A stretch of DNA of 63,221 nt, filler included, from Octopus bimaculoides (GCF_001194135.2; 5 parts of 5 records of this genome joined end to end with filler, not necessarily neighbours in it), one strand, 5' to 3'; counted from the first letter of the whole stretch, positions 37,453 to 50,419 are shown. Made by a program: numbers and translations. Notes: generated by a model not told the origin, from the sequence alone.

Positions 37453-38475
37453 CAGGAGTTGAACAAAATAATGGCAACACCTAACATCATAATTTTGAAA
37501 TATCTATAAAACCGTCAAAAGCTTATTTATTTTTATGTTTTTTTTATTTATTATTAGTGTTGCTTACTATGTTTTGCTAACATTGCTGTTTCTTTTCAGA
37601 TATCATCAGTAAAAGGTAATTAAAATTCATTAAAATGACAGATCTATCAGACTTTCAAAGAAGTCAAATTGTTGGTGCTCATATGGCAGACGCTAGTGTA
37701 ACAAAAACACCCAATATGTTTAGTGTATCAAGAAGTACAGTCTCAAAAGTAAGGACAGCCTTTGAGAAAGACCTCCTTGTTGAAACAAAATACCAGAAGA
37801 GAACAAAAACTTTCAGATAGGGACCGTTGGAATCTTACATGATTTGTTAGAAAGGATCACAAAAGTACATCTCCCACAATTACTGCAGAGCTTAATGACC
37901 ACCTTGAGAACTCAGTTTCCACAAAAACTGTTCGCTGGGAGCTGCACAAAGCCAGATTTAATAGAAGATCTGTGATGATCTAGGGAGCTATATCTTGGAA
38001 ATCCGCTGGTCCAATGGTTTCTCTTAATGGCAGAATTAATAGTCAAGACTATTTAAGCATTTTATCTGATCAGATTCATCCTTTGGTTAAGGAACTGTTT
38101 CCAGAGGGAAACGCAATCTTTCAGGAAGATATTGCACCAAATCACACAGCTAAAGTTGGTACTGAATGGCACAAGGAACATTCTAGTTAAGTTGAACATC
38201 TTATCTGGTCATCTTATCTCTAGATCTCAATATCATTGAATATTTATGGTGCATTTTAGAAAAACAAGGAGACTATGTCTTCCACTAATATCACTACAAA
38301 AACAGGAGATTGTTTTAGCTGAAGAATGGACAAAGTTTTCTTTGGAAACAATCCAAACTTTGTATGAGTCCATACCTCATTGAATTCAAGCTGTAATTAT
38401 TGTCAAAACCAGTCCTACCCCATATCAAAATAAATTTGTTTGAAATTTTAAACTGTTTCTATTATTTTGTCTAAC

Positions 38476-38480
<5 letters not shown>
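37453..38480 (+). mobile_element. Tc1-like transposon, decayed
   Basis: TA-flanked TIRs caggagttgaacaaaataatgg / ctattattttgtctaaccccta. MTDLSDFQRSQIVGAHMA HTH; FQEDIAPNHTAK; DLNIIEYLW. Confidence 0.9.
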
Positions 38481-38517
<37 letters not shown>

Positions 38518-38636
38518 AAACTACCTATCGTCACGAGATACAAAACTACTATCGCCATTCTTCTCATTTAAATATAAACAAACGCGAACGTAGCGGAAAA
38601 CATCAACCTTGTCATCACGTGACTGATCATTATTCA

Positions 38637-38736
38637 NNNNNNNNNNNNNNNNNNNNNNNNNNNNNNNNNNNNNNNNNNNNTTAATTAATTAANNNNNNNN
38701 NNNNNNNNNNNNNNNNNNNNNNNNNNNNNNNNNNNN
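38637..38736. other. Artificial scaffold join N44-TTAATTAATTAA-N44
   Basis: Same spacer as 12302-12401. Confidence 0.9.
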
Positions 38737-38787
<51 letters not shown>

Positions 38788-39710
38788 CATTTGTATATGC
38801 TATTATAGTTTACAGATGAAAGTATCCATTAATTTCTGAGTATGTATGTCAAGCCTGGTATACTTGTACATTTAAATAATTATGCTATTGAAATGTGTCT
38901 GTTTTAGTGATTATAACATTAAATCTCTACTACATTTTCATACATGTATCCAAGCAAATATTTTTCTTTATATCTTTACACCCACTGTAAAATCATTCAT
39001 ATACAACTGGATTTGATATCTACCCACATAGCTGTGTTACACTGACTGATAATCAGTGACATATCACTGGATTTGATGACATTGATGTTACATCTACTAA
39101 GAACCATTGTCATCCAATTTCATTAATAGCCCTCCAGGATACAGAGAAGCAAATATTATGCTCTGACCATCTTCACGTTGCCCACCCTCACATTAGCTGG
39201 AATATGTTGGGATATGTTGGGAATACACTGGAATATGTTGGGATACATGTGTGGGTATATTTGGGACTTGGCAGTGGAGAGAGTACATTATACCCAAACT
39301 GTCCATGCTGCACTTAGTGAGATTGACCACTCTATGTTAGATTGCTCAAAGTGGTCTTCTGTCTAGTGGTAACATGGTATGACTAAACAGAAGGACCAAT
39401 GCATCAGGCCTTGTTATTCAGACAGCTGCTTGCATGTCATAGGACTGTCACCTGGGAGCTGTCCTAGAGCAATACAACAATAACAAAACAAATAAATTTC
39501 AATAGTTATTATATCAGTCTCTTTTGATGATATTTCGGTTGTCAAATGTTGGTGGGGTGACAAATGTAAAAATTTTGTATAGACTTAAGGAGTAAATGTT
39601 GTAGATGGTAGATAAGATGTAGGGGAAGAGCAATAATACATTAGACAAAGTGAGATAACACAGCCAAGGCTTGTGAGGAGTTTTCAGGACATTTATAAGA
39701 AAAAGATATT

Positions 39711-39773
39711 GATATAGCCTTACAGCTGTTTCTGGGATATTATGGATATCCCTTCATCAGAGACTGTGTGAGA
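39711..39773 (-). ncRNA. Penelope-type minimal type I hammerhead ribozyme motif
   Basis: cagtct-CUGAUGA-a[gggauau ccaua auauccc]a-GAA-ACAGCUGU-A-aggcu: intact core boxes, 7-bp stem II, palindromic stem III, GUA cleavage triplet, 5-bp stem I. Confidence 0.7.
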
Positions 39774-39786
39774 TAGTTAAAGAGAG

Positions 39787-39831
<45 letters not shown>

Positions 39832-39994
39832 TACTTGCATATCTGGGTACAGGATGTCACCAGTGGTGCAAATAACATGAAATGCATAAACAAATGAAGG
39901 AAAATTGTTTGACTAAAAGCCCTTCAAGGTGGTGCCCTAGCATGGCCACAATCAGATGACTGAAACAAGTAAAAGATGTAAGGTATATATAGAG

Positions 39995-40345
39995 GCAAAG
40001 TGGCTGAGTTCCTTTCAAATGTTGGGCTTCATGGAGGTGAGGTGGCTGAGTTCCTTTTGAGTGGGCCTCACAGAGGCAATGACCAAGACTTTTGGCATTA
40101 TGTCATGCTTGAGAAGAAGACTCATTAAGCTGAGCAAAATCACAGTCATGACTGACACCAGTGTCATGCAAATGGCACTCATGCCAGTGACACATAAAAG
40201 CACCTATTACACTCTCAGAGTGGTTGGCATTAGGAAGGGTATCCAGCTGTAGAAAACCATGCCAAATCAGACTGGAGCCTGGCACAGCCTTCCAGTGTGC
40301 CAACCCAGTCAAACTGTCCAACCCATGCTAGCATGGACATTAAAT
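39995..40345 (+). mobile_element. RTE LINE 3' UTR fragment
   Basis: aaaagcacctattacactctcagagtggttggcattaggaaggg...(GAT)n. Confidence 0.82.
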
Positions 40346-40794
40346 GGTGATGATGATGATGATATATAAACTACGACAAGATCGACAAGATGTTTCTTAG
40401 AGTATTACAAATAAATTGTTTCTTCATGTTTGTTTCCTATTTATCTTCATTTATGTGGTGGAGTGGGAGTGGGGGCAGGTTATTAAAAATATTTTTGAAA
40501 CAAAATTTAGTTGAAATTACAAATTACTTAACCAAAAAATTAGTTAGTATAAGCAAATTATACAAATTTTTACTCATTAAATTTAAAATTGAAAATTTTA
40601 TTGCGGAGCTATTATCTAGGTAAAAGCAAAAAAAAAAAAAAACTATTATTTCATTGAAATATATTTCACACTTATTATGAAACTATATAAATCCATGTTG
40701 CTGCTGGTGGCAGAGGTTGCAGCAATAGTGGCAGTGATGACAATGGTGGTGGTGGTGGTAGAGGCAGCAACGACGGCAGTGGTGATGGTGGTGC

Positions 40795-40826
<32 letters not shown>

Positions 40827-41302
40827 GTGGTGGTGATGAAGATAATGTAGTTTCATAACTGGAGGGTGTATCACCAGAAATAACCAACAAAGTTATTTCA
40901 AATCTATTTTAAGGAAATTATTTGAGAGATAGAAAAAGATACAATGGCTGGAGAACAATGGTTTGTTAGTTAAGTTGTCTACAAATTTCATTTATTCAAC
41001 ATTATATTCCATTTTAATTTGGTTGTAAAATAGAACGGATTGGAGAGCATGGCTAACCAGCAAGAAATCCAGTAGTTTTTCATTTTTTCTTTGTCTTGTT
41101 AATTGGATTTTTACAGTGTTAATTGTTGAACTCTATAACTCTCAAGTGTTTCACTTTAGTTTACTCTAAGAACACTTTGTTGGTGTATGCTACAGCTGCT
41201 AAAACTGACAAGTGTTTTATTATCTGAGCCAATGAGAGAACTTCTACATGGCCCCATGACGTGCAAGAAATTGCAGTCAAATCTTCCTAAAATCTTATTA
41301 TA

Positions 41303-41887
41303 CAGTAATACCTCACTTTATGAGGATCAGCTTTACAAGACCCCGTGTTTATGAGTTTTATTTTTCAGCCTACTTTTGTATGGTGAGCTGAAATTTTTCA
41401 AGATCCAAATTTTGAATAAAATGTAAAAGCTTCTACTACCATAACAAATGCTTCTGCATGTTACCGAGAAATTTATAGAGAGTCAAAAAAAGCTTCTTCC
41501 TTAGCAAACAACTCTAGATTTGTTTTCTAAAAAGAAATCTACAGATCTGTCAATGAGTTCTTGTGAATCAGTGATCACATCTACAAGTGATGGTGTGCAT
41601 GAATCTAGTGCGAGTAAAAGTGATTCAGAAAACGATTATAATAATATTTTTTTATCAGAAATGATCTTGACATTCTTTTTGCTTTACATAAAATATTCTT
41701 TAACATTCTACATTTGTTTTATTGCCATTCATTTATGAGCATTATAAATTTTATAGGTAAAATATTCTGAGAACGAATTACGATTTATAACATTGCTACT
41801 ATGGGGAAATTATTGCTTTGCGTTATGAGTTTTCATTTTACAAGCGGTCTCCGGGAACAAATTAACTCATATATTGAGGCATTGCTG
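41303..41887 (+). mobile_element. Tigger/pogo-type non-autonomous element
   Basis: TA|CAGTAATACCTCACTTTATGAG...CTCATATATTGAGGCATTGCTG|TA. Confidence 0.78.
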
Positions 41888-41898
41888 TACTTCCTTAA

Positions 41899-42122
41899 CC
41901 CTTTGGCATTCAGATTAATTTATCAAATGTAATGCTTATTCATCCACATTTTTTAAAATCAATCATGGAGTATCTATCTTGTGGCTTCAAGATTTTGAAA
42001 ATGTGACTGTTTATTTTAAGAATGACATTGTAGGGTAGGTGTGAAAGGCTGTATCTGGCCAACTTCAACATAAAACAGGTAAAATTGTTGGGCCGGATAT
42101 GTCCAGTTTAAATGCTTAAGGG
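41899..42122 (+). mobile_element. piggyBac-type MITE (family 1)
   Basis: TTAA|CCCTTTGGCATT...AATGCTTAAGGG|TTAA. Confidence 0.85.
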
Positions 42123-42379
42123 TTAAACCAAGGAAGGACATTCATTCAATAATGTAGTCCAAGATATCATTTGTTTCTCTACACTACCAAACACAGACAG
42201 GGTGGACATGGTTGGAATGCCTTTCAACATAGGTTTGTTCAACTGAGTTTGACCCAGAGCTAAACAAAATCTCCATTTTAAAATTAGCTTGCAGTGGTGT
42301 TAAGTTTCAATCTTCTCTGGGTTTTATTTAGAGACTTTCTAAGAGACACTATAACCTTTGGTGCCAATAGATTATGGGA

Positions 42380-42970
42380 CTCGTCATCATGGCCATGTGG
42401 TAAAAAGGTTGTTTCCCAACCACATAGTTCCAAGTTCAGTTCCACTGCATCTGCATGGTACTTTGGGCAGGCGTCTTCTACTATAGCCCTGGGTTGACCA
42501 AAACATTGTGAGTGGATTTAGTAGAGAGAAACTGAAAGAAGCCCATCATTTGTGTGTGTGTCTGGGTTTATCCTTTCCACCACTTGACAACAGATGTTGG
42601 TTTGTTTATATCCATGTAACTTAGTAGTTCGACATGAGAGATCTAGGGAATAAGTACCAGGCTTTAAAAAATATTAAATCCTGGAGTTGATTCATTTAAG
42701 CTAAAATTCTGGTGCCCCAGAATGGCCACAGTCCAATGACTGAAACAAGTAAATGTGCGTGTGTGTGTGTTTGTTTGTTTGTTCCCTCAGTACTTGATAA
42801 CTTGTGTTGGTTTGTTTATGTCACCATAAGTTAGCAGTTCTACAAAATAAAAATGATCGAATAAGAACCAAACCTAAAAGTGAGTACTAGGGTCAATTTG
42901 TTCTACTAAACCCTTCAAGGCAGTGCCCCAGCATGGCTACCATCCAATGGCTGAAACAAGTAAAAGATAA
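42380..42970 (+). mobile_element. SINE family A, decayed copy plus a second tandem 3' half
   Basis: Head at about 42385; two tail motifs, atgactgaaacaagtaa (42737) and atggctgaaacaagtaa (42947). Confidence 0.8.
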
Positions 42971-44844
42971 AAGGCATTAGGGGGGTCAATGGATTAAACA
43001 AGTTTCATTATGTAATATGAAAAATCATTTCTGTAACCCAATATGACATGCTCTGTTTTCATACATCAAGTTATATCTACGAATAGTATTGATTTACACT
43101 CAAGTCTACTGAATGAGAATGTGCTAATTTTTTTGCAGTCATTCTATATTGTATTGTAGTACAAGTAATGAGATAAGAGCTGTTAAACTCTTCAACCATA
43201 CCATAAATAAACTATCAAGAATATCACATTAAAATTGGTGCAGTCACTTTGTACAGTTTAGAAGTTCACTTCACAAACCATGTGGTTGTGAAATGAACCC
43301 TTTAACCACCACATGGTCATATCTCTGCCTACACAGGTGAAGTTTTCTTCTGCTTTTAATTATTTGAATTCTTCTTCTGAGGGAGGAACTGGTTGCTTAC
43401 AAACATACAAACCTCCATCATCGGAATGTAGATATCATAAAAAAAAAACAAGTTAACATTTTAAACTTTGGAAATGTCTTGCATATTTTGACTACTACAC
43501 CTACAGGTTGTATTTGTAATGTGTGAGTTAGCTGGTTGATTTCTTATTCTGAAAACCTTAGCATATCCAAACTGTTGGTTATCATTTACTCACAAAACCA
43601 GGTGCACCAATTATTATTGGTATAAATGTGAATTAATAATCTGTATAAAAAAGCTGGAGGTTTTGGAGTAGCTGTCCATAGTTATCCTATGTGTGTATGT
43701 ATATATGCGTATATCTTCTGTTGATGCATATTAGCAAAGTATATAATCATTGGGGAGAAAAACCATGAAAGTAGTGCTTTATAAACTAAGTCCCTTCAGA
43801 TATTATTCCACATCAAGTTAATCTTTTGTCACTCTTTCTGTCAGAAATGAAAAATGAAATAAACTAACGATTTTCCTGTTGCAAACCTGTAACTAGTGGC
43901 TCTACTGTCCACAAATTCCATTACAAAAACAAAACAAAATAAGTGTACTGGGTATGAAAAAAATCTAAGCCAGCTATAATTTGAAACTAAAACCAAGAAG
44001 ACATTCAGGGTAGATTTTCATTCTCCATGAAATAATATAAATAGAAATATTTGGAAAGTACTATGTACTTATTAGCCGTGCAGTCTCTTTCTGTTAAATA
44101 AAGGTAAATATATTTATTCATCTTGCCTGATGGTAGTTCTACAATGTTTGACAACAATATATTGAAGAATTTATCTCTATATGTAGGTGTTCCTCTCATA
44201 CTACATGTTCCATCTATATCTGTCACTTTCATATAAATTGGTTATTTATATTGATATATATCTGTAATTCTTCCCATCTATGCTTACTCCTCTATTAATA
44301 ATACAACAACTGTGAACTACATTAAATATTTATAACTTTCTGTTTGTGCAAGAAAGGGATAACGAGGAACAATGTAGAAGAATTTTGGACAGATGAATAT
44401 CACTTTAAAGATATTGTCAGTCTTAGAAATTTTACTCGTAGCTAATCAATCATGCAAACAATCAGAATATCAATGTGTTTGATGCTGTGTATTGAAGGAT
44501 GGATTCTAGTCTTGACAAAAGAAATTTGGTGTTGTTATGTTGCACAGTCTATGCTGCTGTCAGTTGGGTCTTTTTCATAGTTACTGAAGTAAAATATTTG
44601 AAATAACTAAAATTCTTAAGAGGACAATAAAAATGTAATATTATTCCCATGACCCTTTCCCAGAAAATAGTTGAGCCCTGTCTTCTTTATTGCTTATCAA
44701 AATGTTTGTCTTTACTAAGATTTACTTTAAAAATTTGATTCTAGGCTTTGCTTCTATATTTGGTATTTATTTTCAAATTCTTGAACAGATTTAGCTGTGA
44801 ACTAACACAACAGCATATAGAATTACCATGGACAGCCAATCTCA

Positions 44845-45037
44845 ACCCTTTTGATACCAATCCAACTGAGACCACTCTTGGTTCTATGATACAGATTTCC
44901 TGTTTGTATCTAAATTAAAACCTTCCATCAAAGTTTCATGTTAATGTTAGTTATTTTACTAAATTGTTCATTATTTTCAAAACTAATTAAAACAAAGGTG
45001 GTGTATTTCAACAGAAATATAGTAACAAAAGGTTTAA
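44845..45037 (+). mobile_element. piggyBac-type MITE (family 2); inverted homolog at about 6150-6308
   Basis: cccttttgatacc...gaaatatagtaacaaaaggtttaa; the right end matches the piggyBac end at 34741-34764. Confidence 0.7.
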
Positions 45038-45294
45038 CTTCTCTGCAATGTCCCAGAGAACTCCAATAAGCAGAAAACTGTTGAAAACTTAACCCTGATG
45101 GACACTTACTTGCATGAAACTCCTGCTAACTCTGTACATGACTTTTATGGCTGACAATATCTCTGTACATGGCTTTTATGGCTCTTTTACAAAGCCATTC
45201 ATCTTAATTTAGTATTCCTTGCAACCACTAAGCTACAGAGTGCAGCATCCTGTTAAAAGCCTTTCCCTGTCTTGTTCTTTGTTAAAAGCGTCTG

Positions 45295-45770
45295 CAGTTA
45301 TCTCACTAGGAAGAGGGCATCAAGTGGTACTCCATCCTGGCTCAATTCTCCCATTAAACTGTGTTTTCTGCTTCTTTCCAGTTGGGTCCTTATTTTTCCA
45401 GCTCTGCTTCAATACCCCACCACCAGTTATTTTTTAAGGCATCTTCCTTTCTGTCTCCCTTGTGGATTCCAAGTCAAGCTTGATGTGTAATGCAGGATGT
45501 TCATATGTTTCCCTGAGGAAAGACCTTCTTCTCCTGGGCCTTGTTGGTTTTGAATTGTCATCGATACTTTTGTAACTTTACCTTTTTTTAGGTGGGGTTG
45601 TTGTCCTACCACAAACCCATTTTTACCTCTAGTATGAGGTGATCCATATTAGTCTGTCCTCTGTCCTTTGATCTGCCTAGCATGGGAGGCCCTTCCAGGA
45701 ACTAGTGTTCTTGCTGGCATATCTCTCAGGGTTATTGGGGCACACAAGCCCCCATACCACAACAAGGCCA
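45295..45770 (-). mobile_element. Bipartite RTE-derived element (5' UTR fused to ORF end)
   Basis: RTE/BovB-like 5' UTR (ccttgttgtggtatgggggcttg...gggcctcccatgctaggcagatc) joined to LTWNPQGRQKGR..W..IEAEL C-terminal coding sequence. Confidence 0.7.
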
Positions 45771-47509
45771 GAACCTGGTGGGTGGGTGGATGGGTGGGGA
45801 AATTGCATCTCAATTAAATAACTGTCTTCTGAATTATTTATGTTATTACTAATTCCATTAGTTTCATAACTTGGCCTCTAGGTTTGTTGCCTCAGTAATT
45901 GCTCCTTCACAGATTATCTTCTTTATGATGAAGACAATACTGTGTCAGTCTTTAGAAAAGACCCTTTTTTGTACTACCTGAGTAAACTGCATAGGTGACT
46001 AATAAATGATCAACTTTGCCAGATATTTTCAACATCTCCACAACTGTGTGTGTGTATTTAAAGGTATAAAACAAATGAGGTGTCACAAAGCATATCTCAG
46101 TGATTCAACAAATGTAGATCAATAAAAGTACAAGTACAAGTGCTTGGGTCGACACGATTGGCTAAAAGCCAAAGCTTGAAGGCAGTGTTCCAGTATGATC
46201 GCAATCCAGTGACTGAAACAAGTCAAAGTAGAATAAAGGATAAAAGTCACTGAAGTGAATATGTTTTCTTCGTTCTTGCATGAAAACCTTGAATGGCAGT
46301 AGAAGCAATACAAAAGGAAGTGAGAAACACTGTCACCAAAAATGAAACATCTGTTGCAGAGTTGGCTTGCTTTGAGCTTGCTTACCTCTATTCTAGAGTG
46401 TTTGCCCTAAAGCAATACACCAATTCTTTATTCTTTGAATTCTTTTACTGGTTTCACTCTTTGTACTGCAGCCATGCTGGAGCTTCATCTTCAAACATTT
46501 GTCATATTGAACCTCAGCACTTATCTCTGTTCAATACATATTTTATCGATCTGTGTATATTGATTTATATAATAACTCAATCGTTTTTTTTTTCTTAAGT
46601 ATGAATATCTTTTATCTTTTATATTTGTTTCAATCATTGGACTATAGCCATGCTGGAGCACCAGCTTGAAAATTTAGTTGATTAATCACTCCCTGGCCTA
46701 ACCATTAAGTTACAGAGATATAAACAAACCAACATGGAGGCTGTGAGCTGGCAGAATTGTCAGAATATCAGATGAAATGCTTTGTGGTTGATTTTGCCTT
46801 CCATCAATAAAATAAAGTACAAATAACTATAATTTTGTTAGTATACATGTTCCTATACAAGGTTTATTTGTGTGATAACTTGACCTGCTAGAAATAGCAA
46901 CTTCAAACCATATTTCACCATCATAATTATCTATAGGACACATTAGATTATGTAGCTTAGCATATCCTTAAAATGCTAAAATGGCCTTGATTACCAGTCT
47001 ATCTGATTATTGAGCAAGGCTGATCTGGGTCTAAACTAATGCAGCATGTACATACTCAACAACTCTGAAAAGCAAAAAGAAGAGAAAAAAACATCTCTCT
47101 CACACACACACACACACACACAACATTAACCTTCCCCATATCCCTTTCCTTGTGTTACAACACCCACCAGTGTACATACTGGAACTATTGTTCCAATATC
47201 CATTTTCCTTGAATGGCAGTGAAGGAGTAGGAGTCTTCCTGGTAGGAGAAAAACCTTATCAGAGTTGAGAAAGTTGTATAATTTAAGCAAAATATTATTT
47301 CCAACAAACAATCAACACAAGCATGCTATTATAACAAAAGCTTGTTTTCACATGCAGATATTCGTGAATAACTTTTAAAATGAAAACGGAATTTTCATGA
47401 TCCATACCATTCCTATGGAGAACATTATCACAGAATGCACCCTTGTTGTATTTATACTTATCCACTGTAAAAATATTCATTCTTGAAATATTATATAAGA
47501 CATATTTGC

Positions 47510-47550
<41 letters not shown>

Positions 47551-47650
47551 NNNNNNNNNNNNNNNNNNNNNNNNNNNNNNNNNNNNNNNNNNNNTTAATT
47601 AATTAANNNNNNNNNNNNNNNNNNNNNNNNNNNNNNNNNNNNNNNNNNNN
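47551..47650. other. Artificial scaffold join N44-TTAATTAATTAA-N44
   Basis: Same spacer as 12302-12401. Confidence 0.9.
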
Positions 47651-49050
47651 AATACATGCAGGGATGGTACACTGTGTGGAAATACTTTGTTTAGTAAAAC
47701 ATAACGAAGTAATGCATGATGTGGCAAAATGTTGTGGTAATACAAGTTCTGGAAATCCATAGTTTAGTAAAACATGCATAATATAGGCATACATGGTGGG
47801 GTAATGTGTGATGTCGTAAGACATAGAGGAGGAATTCATTGTATATGTGAGATAATACAGTGTGTGGGAACGTAATGCATAAGGAGGAAAAACAGTGTGA
47901 ACTTACAAGTTGTGGTAATGCATAGGTCAATAAAAATGTATATAACATAGTATACATATGGTGTGGTAATATATGATGTCGGAATACATGGATGGATAAT
48001 GCATTGTATAGGAATTCATAGTTTTGTAATATATAGAGAAGTAATGCATGATGTGGCAAAATGGTGTGGAAATACATGNNNNNNNNNNTATATAGAGAAG
48101 TAATGCATGATGTGGCAAAATGGTGTGGAAATACATGATTAGTAAAACATACATAATATAGCGCATTCACGGTGCGGAAATTCATAGTTAAGTAATAGAT
48201 GGTAAATACACGTTGCAGTAATGCATAATTTCGTTAAGCATGATGTAGCAACAAATTCGTCGCATACTCTATTGTAATGCATGGTATGGTGTGTGGTAAT
48301 ACATAGAATACACAGTTTGGTAACATATGTTGTGGAAGTGTGTAAAATGTATGATGTGGTAATGTGTAGTGTAGTGGTGCTTGGTGTGGTCTGGTGGCAC
48401 ACGGTACGGTAATAAATTATTTTTTTAATATATAGCGTGCTTTGTAATATATGATATGTTCATAGCGTGATGGTGTAATTTATTGTGTGACATGACATTG
48501 CTTGATAATACATGGTATGGTAAAACAGGGTGTCGTAATGCATGATGTATTAATACATTGTTCTGAAATATAACGTGTTGTAATATATGATGGGGGTGAA
48601 ACAATGTGTTGTTAATCCTGGGGTGGTAACACAGGGTGTAGTAATGCATGATGTAGTAAAGTATGGTGCGTTGGCATATAGAGGGGTACGGTAATATATG
48701 GTACAATAATACACAGTGTGGTAATACATAATGCTGGTAATACAAAGTGTGTAAAACCACAGTGTGGGAATGTACGATGTGATGAAGCAGGATGTGATTA
48801 CACATGATGTGGTATGGTAGTACATGGTACAATATATATAATACATAATTTTAATACATTGTGTGTAAACCCATTCTGTGGTACGTTAGTGGTAATACAC
48901 GGTGTGGTATACATCCTGTAATAAGACATGTGTACGTCCATGCTGATGTAATTCATGTTGTGGCAATATATAGTTCAGTAATAGAAGTGGTGCTAATATA
49001 CGGTTGGCTAATGCTTGATGTAACTGTAAATCTGACAACACTTTGCAAGC
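47651..49050. repeat. Degenerate satellite-like array (gtaatgcatgatgtgg / gtgtggtaatac motifs) between two scaffold joins
   Basis: Repeated gtaatgcatgatgtggcaaaatggtgtggaaatacatg, including an exact duplication around a small N gap. Confidence 0.6.
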
Positions 49051-49070
49051 TCTATATTTAGAGATTATCA

Positions 49071-49166
49071 GGCGGCGAACTGGCAGAACCATTGGTGCGG
49101 CGAACAAAATGCTTTACAGAATTTCGTTCGTCTTCACCTTTTGAATTCAACTTCTGCCGAGGTTAA
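49071..49166 (+). mobile_element. SINE family C, 5' part cut by a gap
   Basis: ggcggcgaactggcagaacc...ttcaacttctgccgaggt. Confidence 0.75.
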
Positions 49167-49266
49167 NNNNNNNNNNNNNNNNNNNNNNNNNNNNNNNNNN
49201 NNNNNNNNNNTTAATTAATTAANNNNNNNNNNNNNNNNNNNNNNNNNNNNNNNNNNNNNNNNNNNN
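49167..49266. other. Artificial scaffold join N44-TTAATTAATTAA-N44
   Basis: Same spacer as 12302-12401. Confidence 0.9.
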
Positions 49267-49329
49267 AGCCCGTAGCTACTCTCTGTGTACTGCCTTTATG
49301 GCAAATTGAAATGAAATAAAGTAGCTAGC

Positions 49330-49471
49330 TTACCAGCCACATGGTTCCGGGTTCATTCCCACTGCGTGGCACCTTGGGCAAATATCTTCTACTATAGCCT
49401 CGCGCCAACCAAGGGCTTGTGAGTTGATTTGGTAGACGGAAACTGAAAGAAGCCCGTCGTATATATGTATA

Positions 49472-49532
<61 letters not shown>

Positions 49533-49542
49533 NNNNNNNNNN

Positions 49543-49592
<50 letters not shown>

Positions 49593-49797
49593 ATGTGTGT
49601 GTATATGTTTGTGAGTCTGTGTTTGTCCCCCCAATATCGCTTGACAACCGATGGTGGTGTGTTTACGTCCCCGTAACTTAGCGGTTCGGCAAAAGAGACC
49701 GATAGAATAAGTCCTGGGGTCGATTAGCTCGACTAAAGGCGGTACTCCAGCATGGCCACAGTCAAATGACTGAGACAAGTAAAAGAGTAAAGAGAGA
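49330..49797 (+). mobile_element. SINE family A
   Basis: Near-identical to 6614-7002. Confidence 0.9.
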
Positions 49798-50419
49798 GTG
49801 GGACCTGTAGAAATTCTACAGGCCGATAAAGACTGAGAGAAGCTATTTAAGAAAGGAAGGATGATTTTCATTTTTATTTTGCTAAGTTATTTCACTTGCA
49901 GCCACAATAATATATTATATGATTTTAAAATGTCCCACTGCTAATCACTTTTTATTTCTCTCTTTTTCTCCACTACTTCAATAAATGTTTTAACCATGTA
50001 ATTCCCGTCTTTACGTCTTTAACATTTCTCTCCTTGTCTTCACCTTTCCCTCCCCACCTTACAGCACATCATTAACACTTCTCTTTCACTTTTCACTGAC
50101 TGTCTTTTTCTCAGGCTCTTCGCCTCTCCCTTCAATTAACCACGTGACGCATTTGGCCTTAGTGTATTATTATTCCCTTCCTTTCTTTTTTTTCTACTCA
50201 GATTTCTCCTCTCTCTCTCTTACTTTTACTCCACATCTCATTCACTCCACCTGCACCTCTCAAACCAACTAAAGTATAACGGGCGAACGAACAAGCAGAT
50301 TATTATTTACATAATAATAACAAAAACAACAAGAACAAAAATAACAACAACAAAAACAACAACAACAACAAAAACAACAATAACAACAACAACAACAACA
50401 ACAACAACAATAATAATAA

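Noticed and set aside
36969-37484. 171-aa plus ORF as a host gene
   Set aside because: The first part is a Penelope C-terminal relic and the rest is pyrimidine-rich tail.
40683-40890. His-rich / Pro-Ser-rich minus-strand ORFs
   Set aside because: GAT/GGT trinucleotide low complexity with no splice or homology support.
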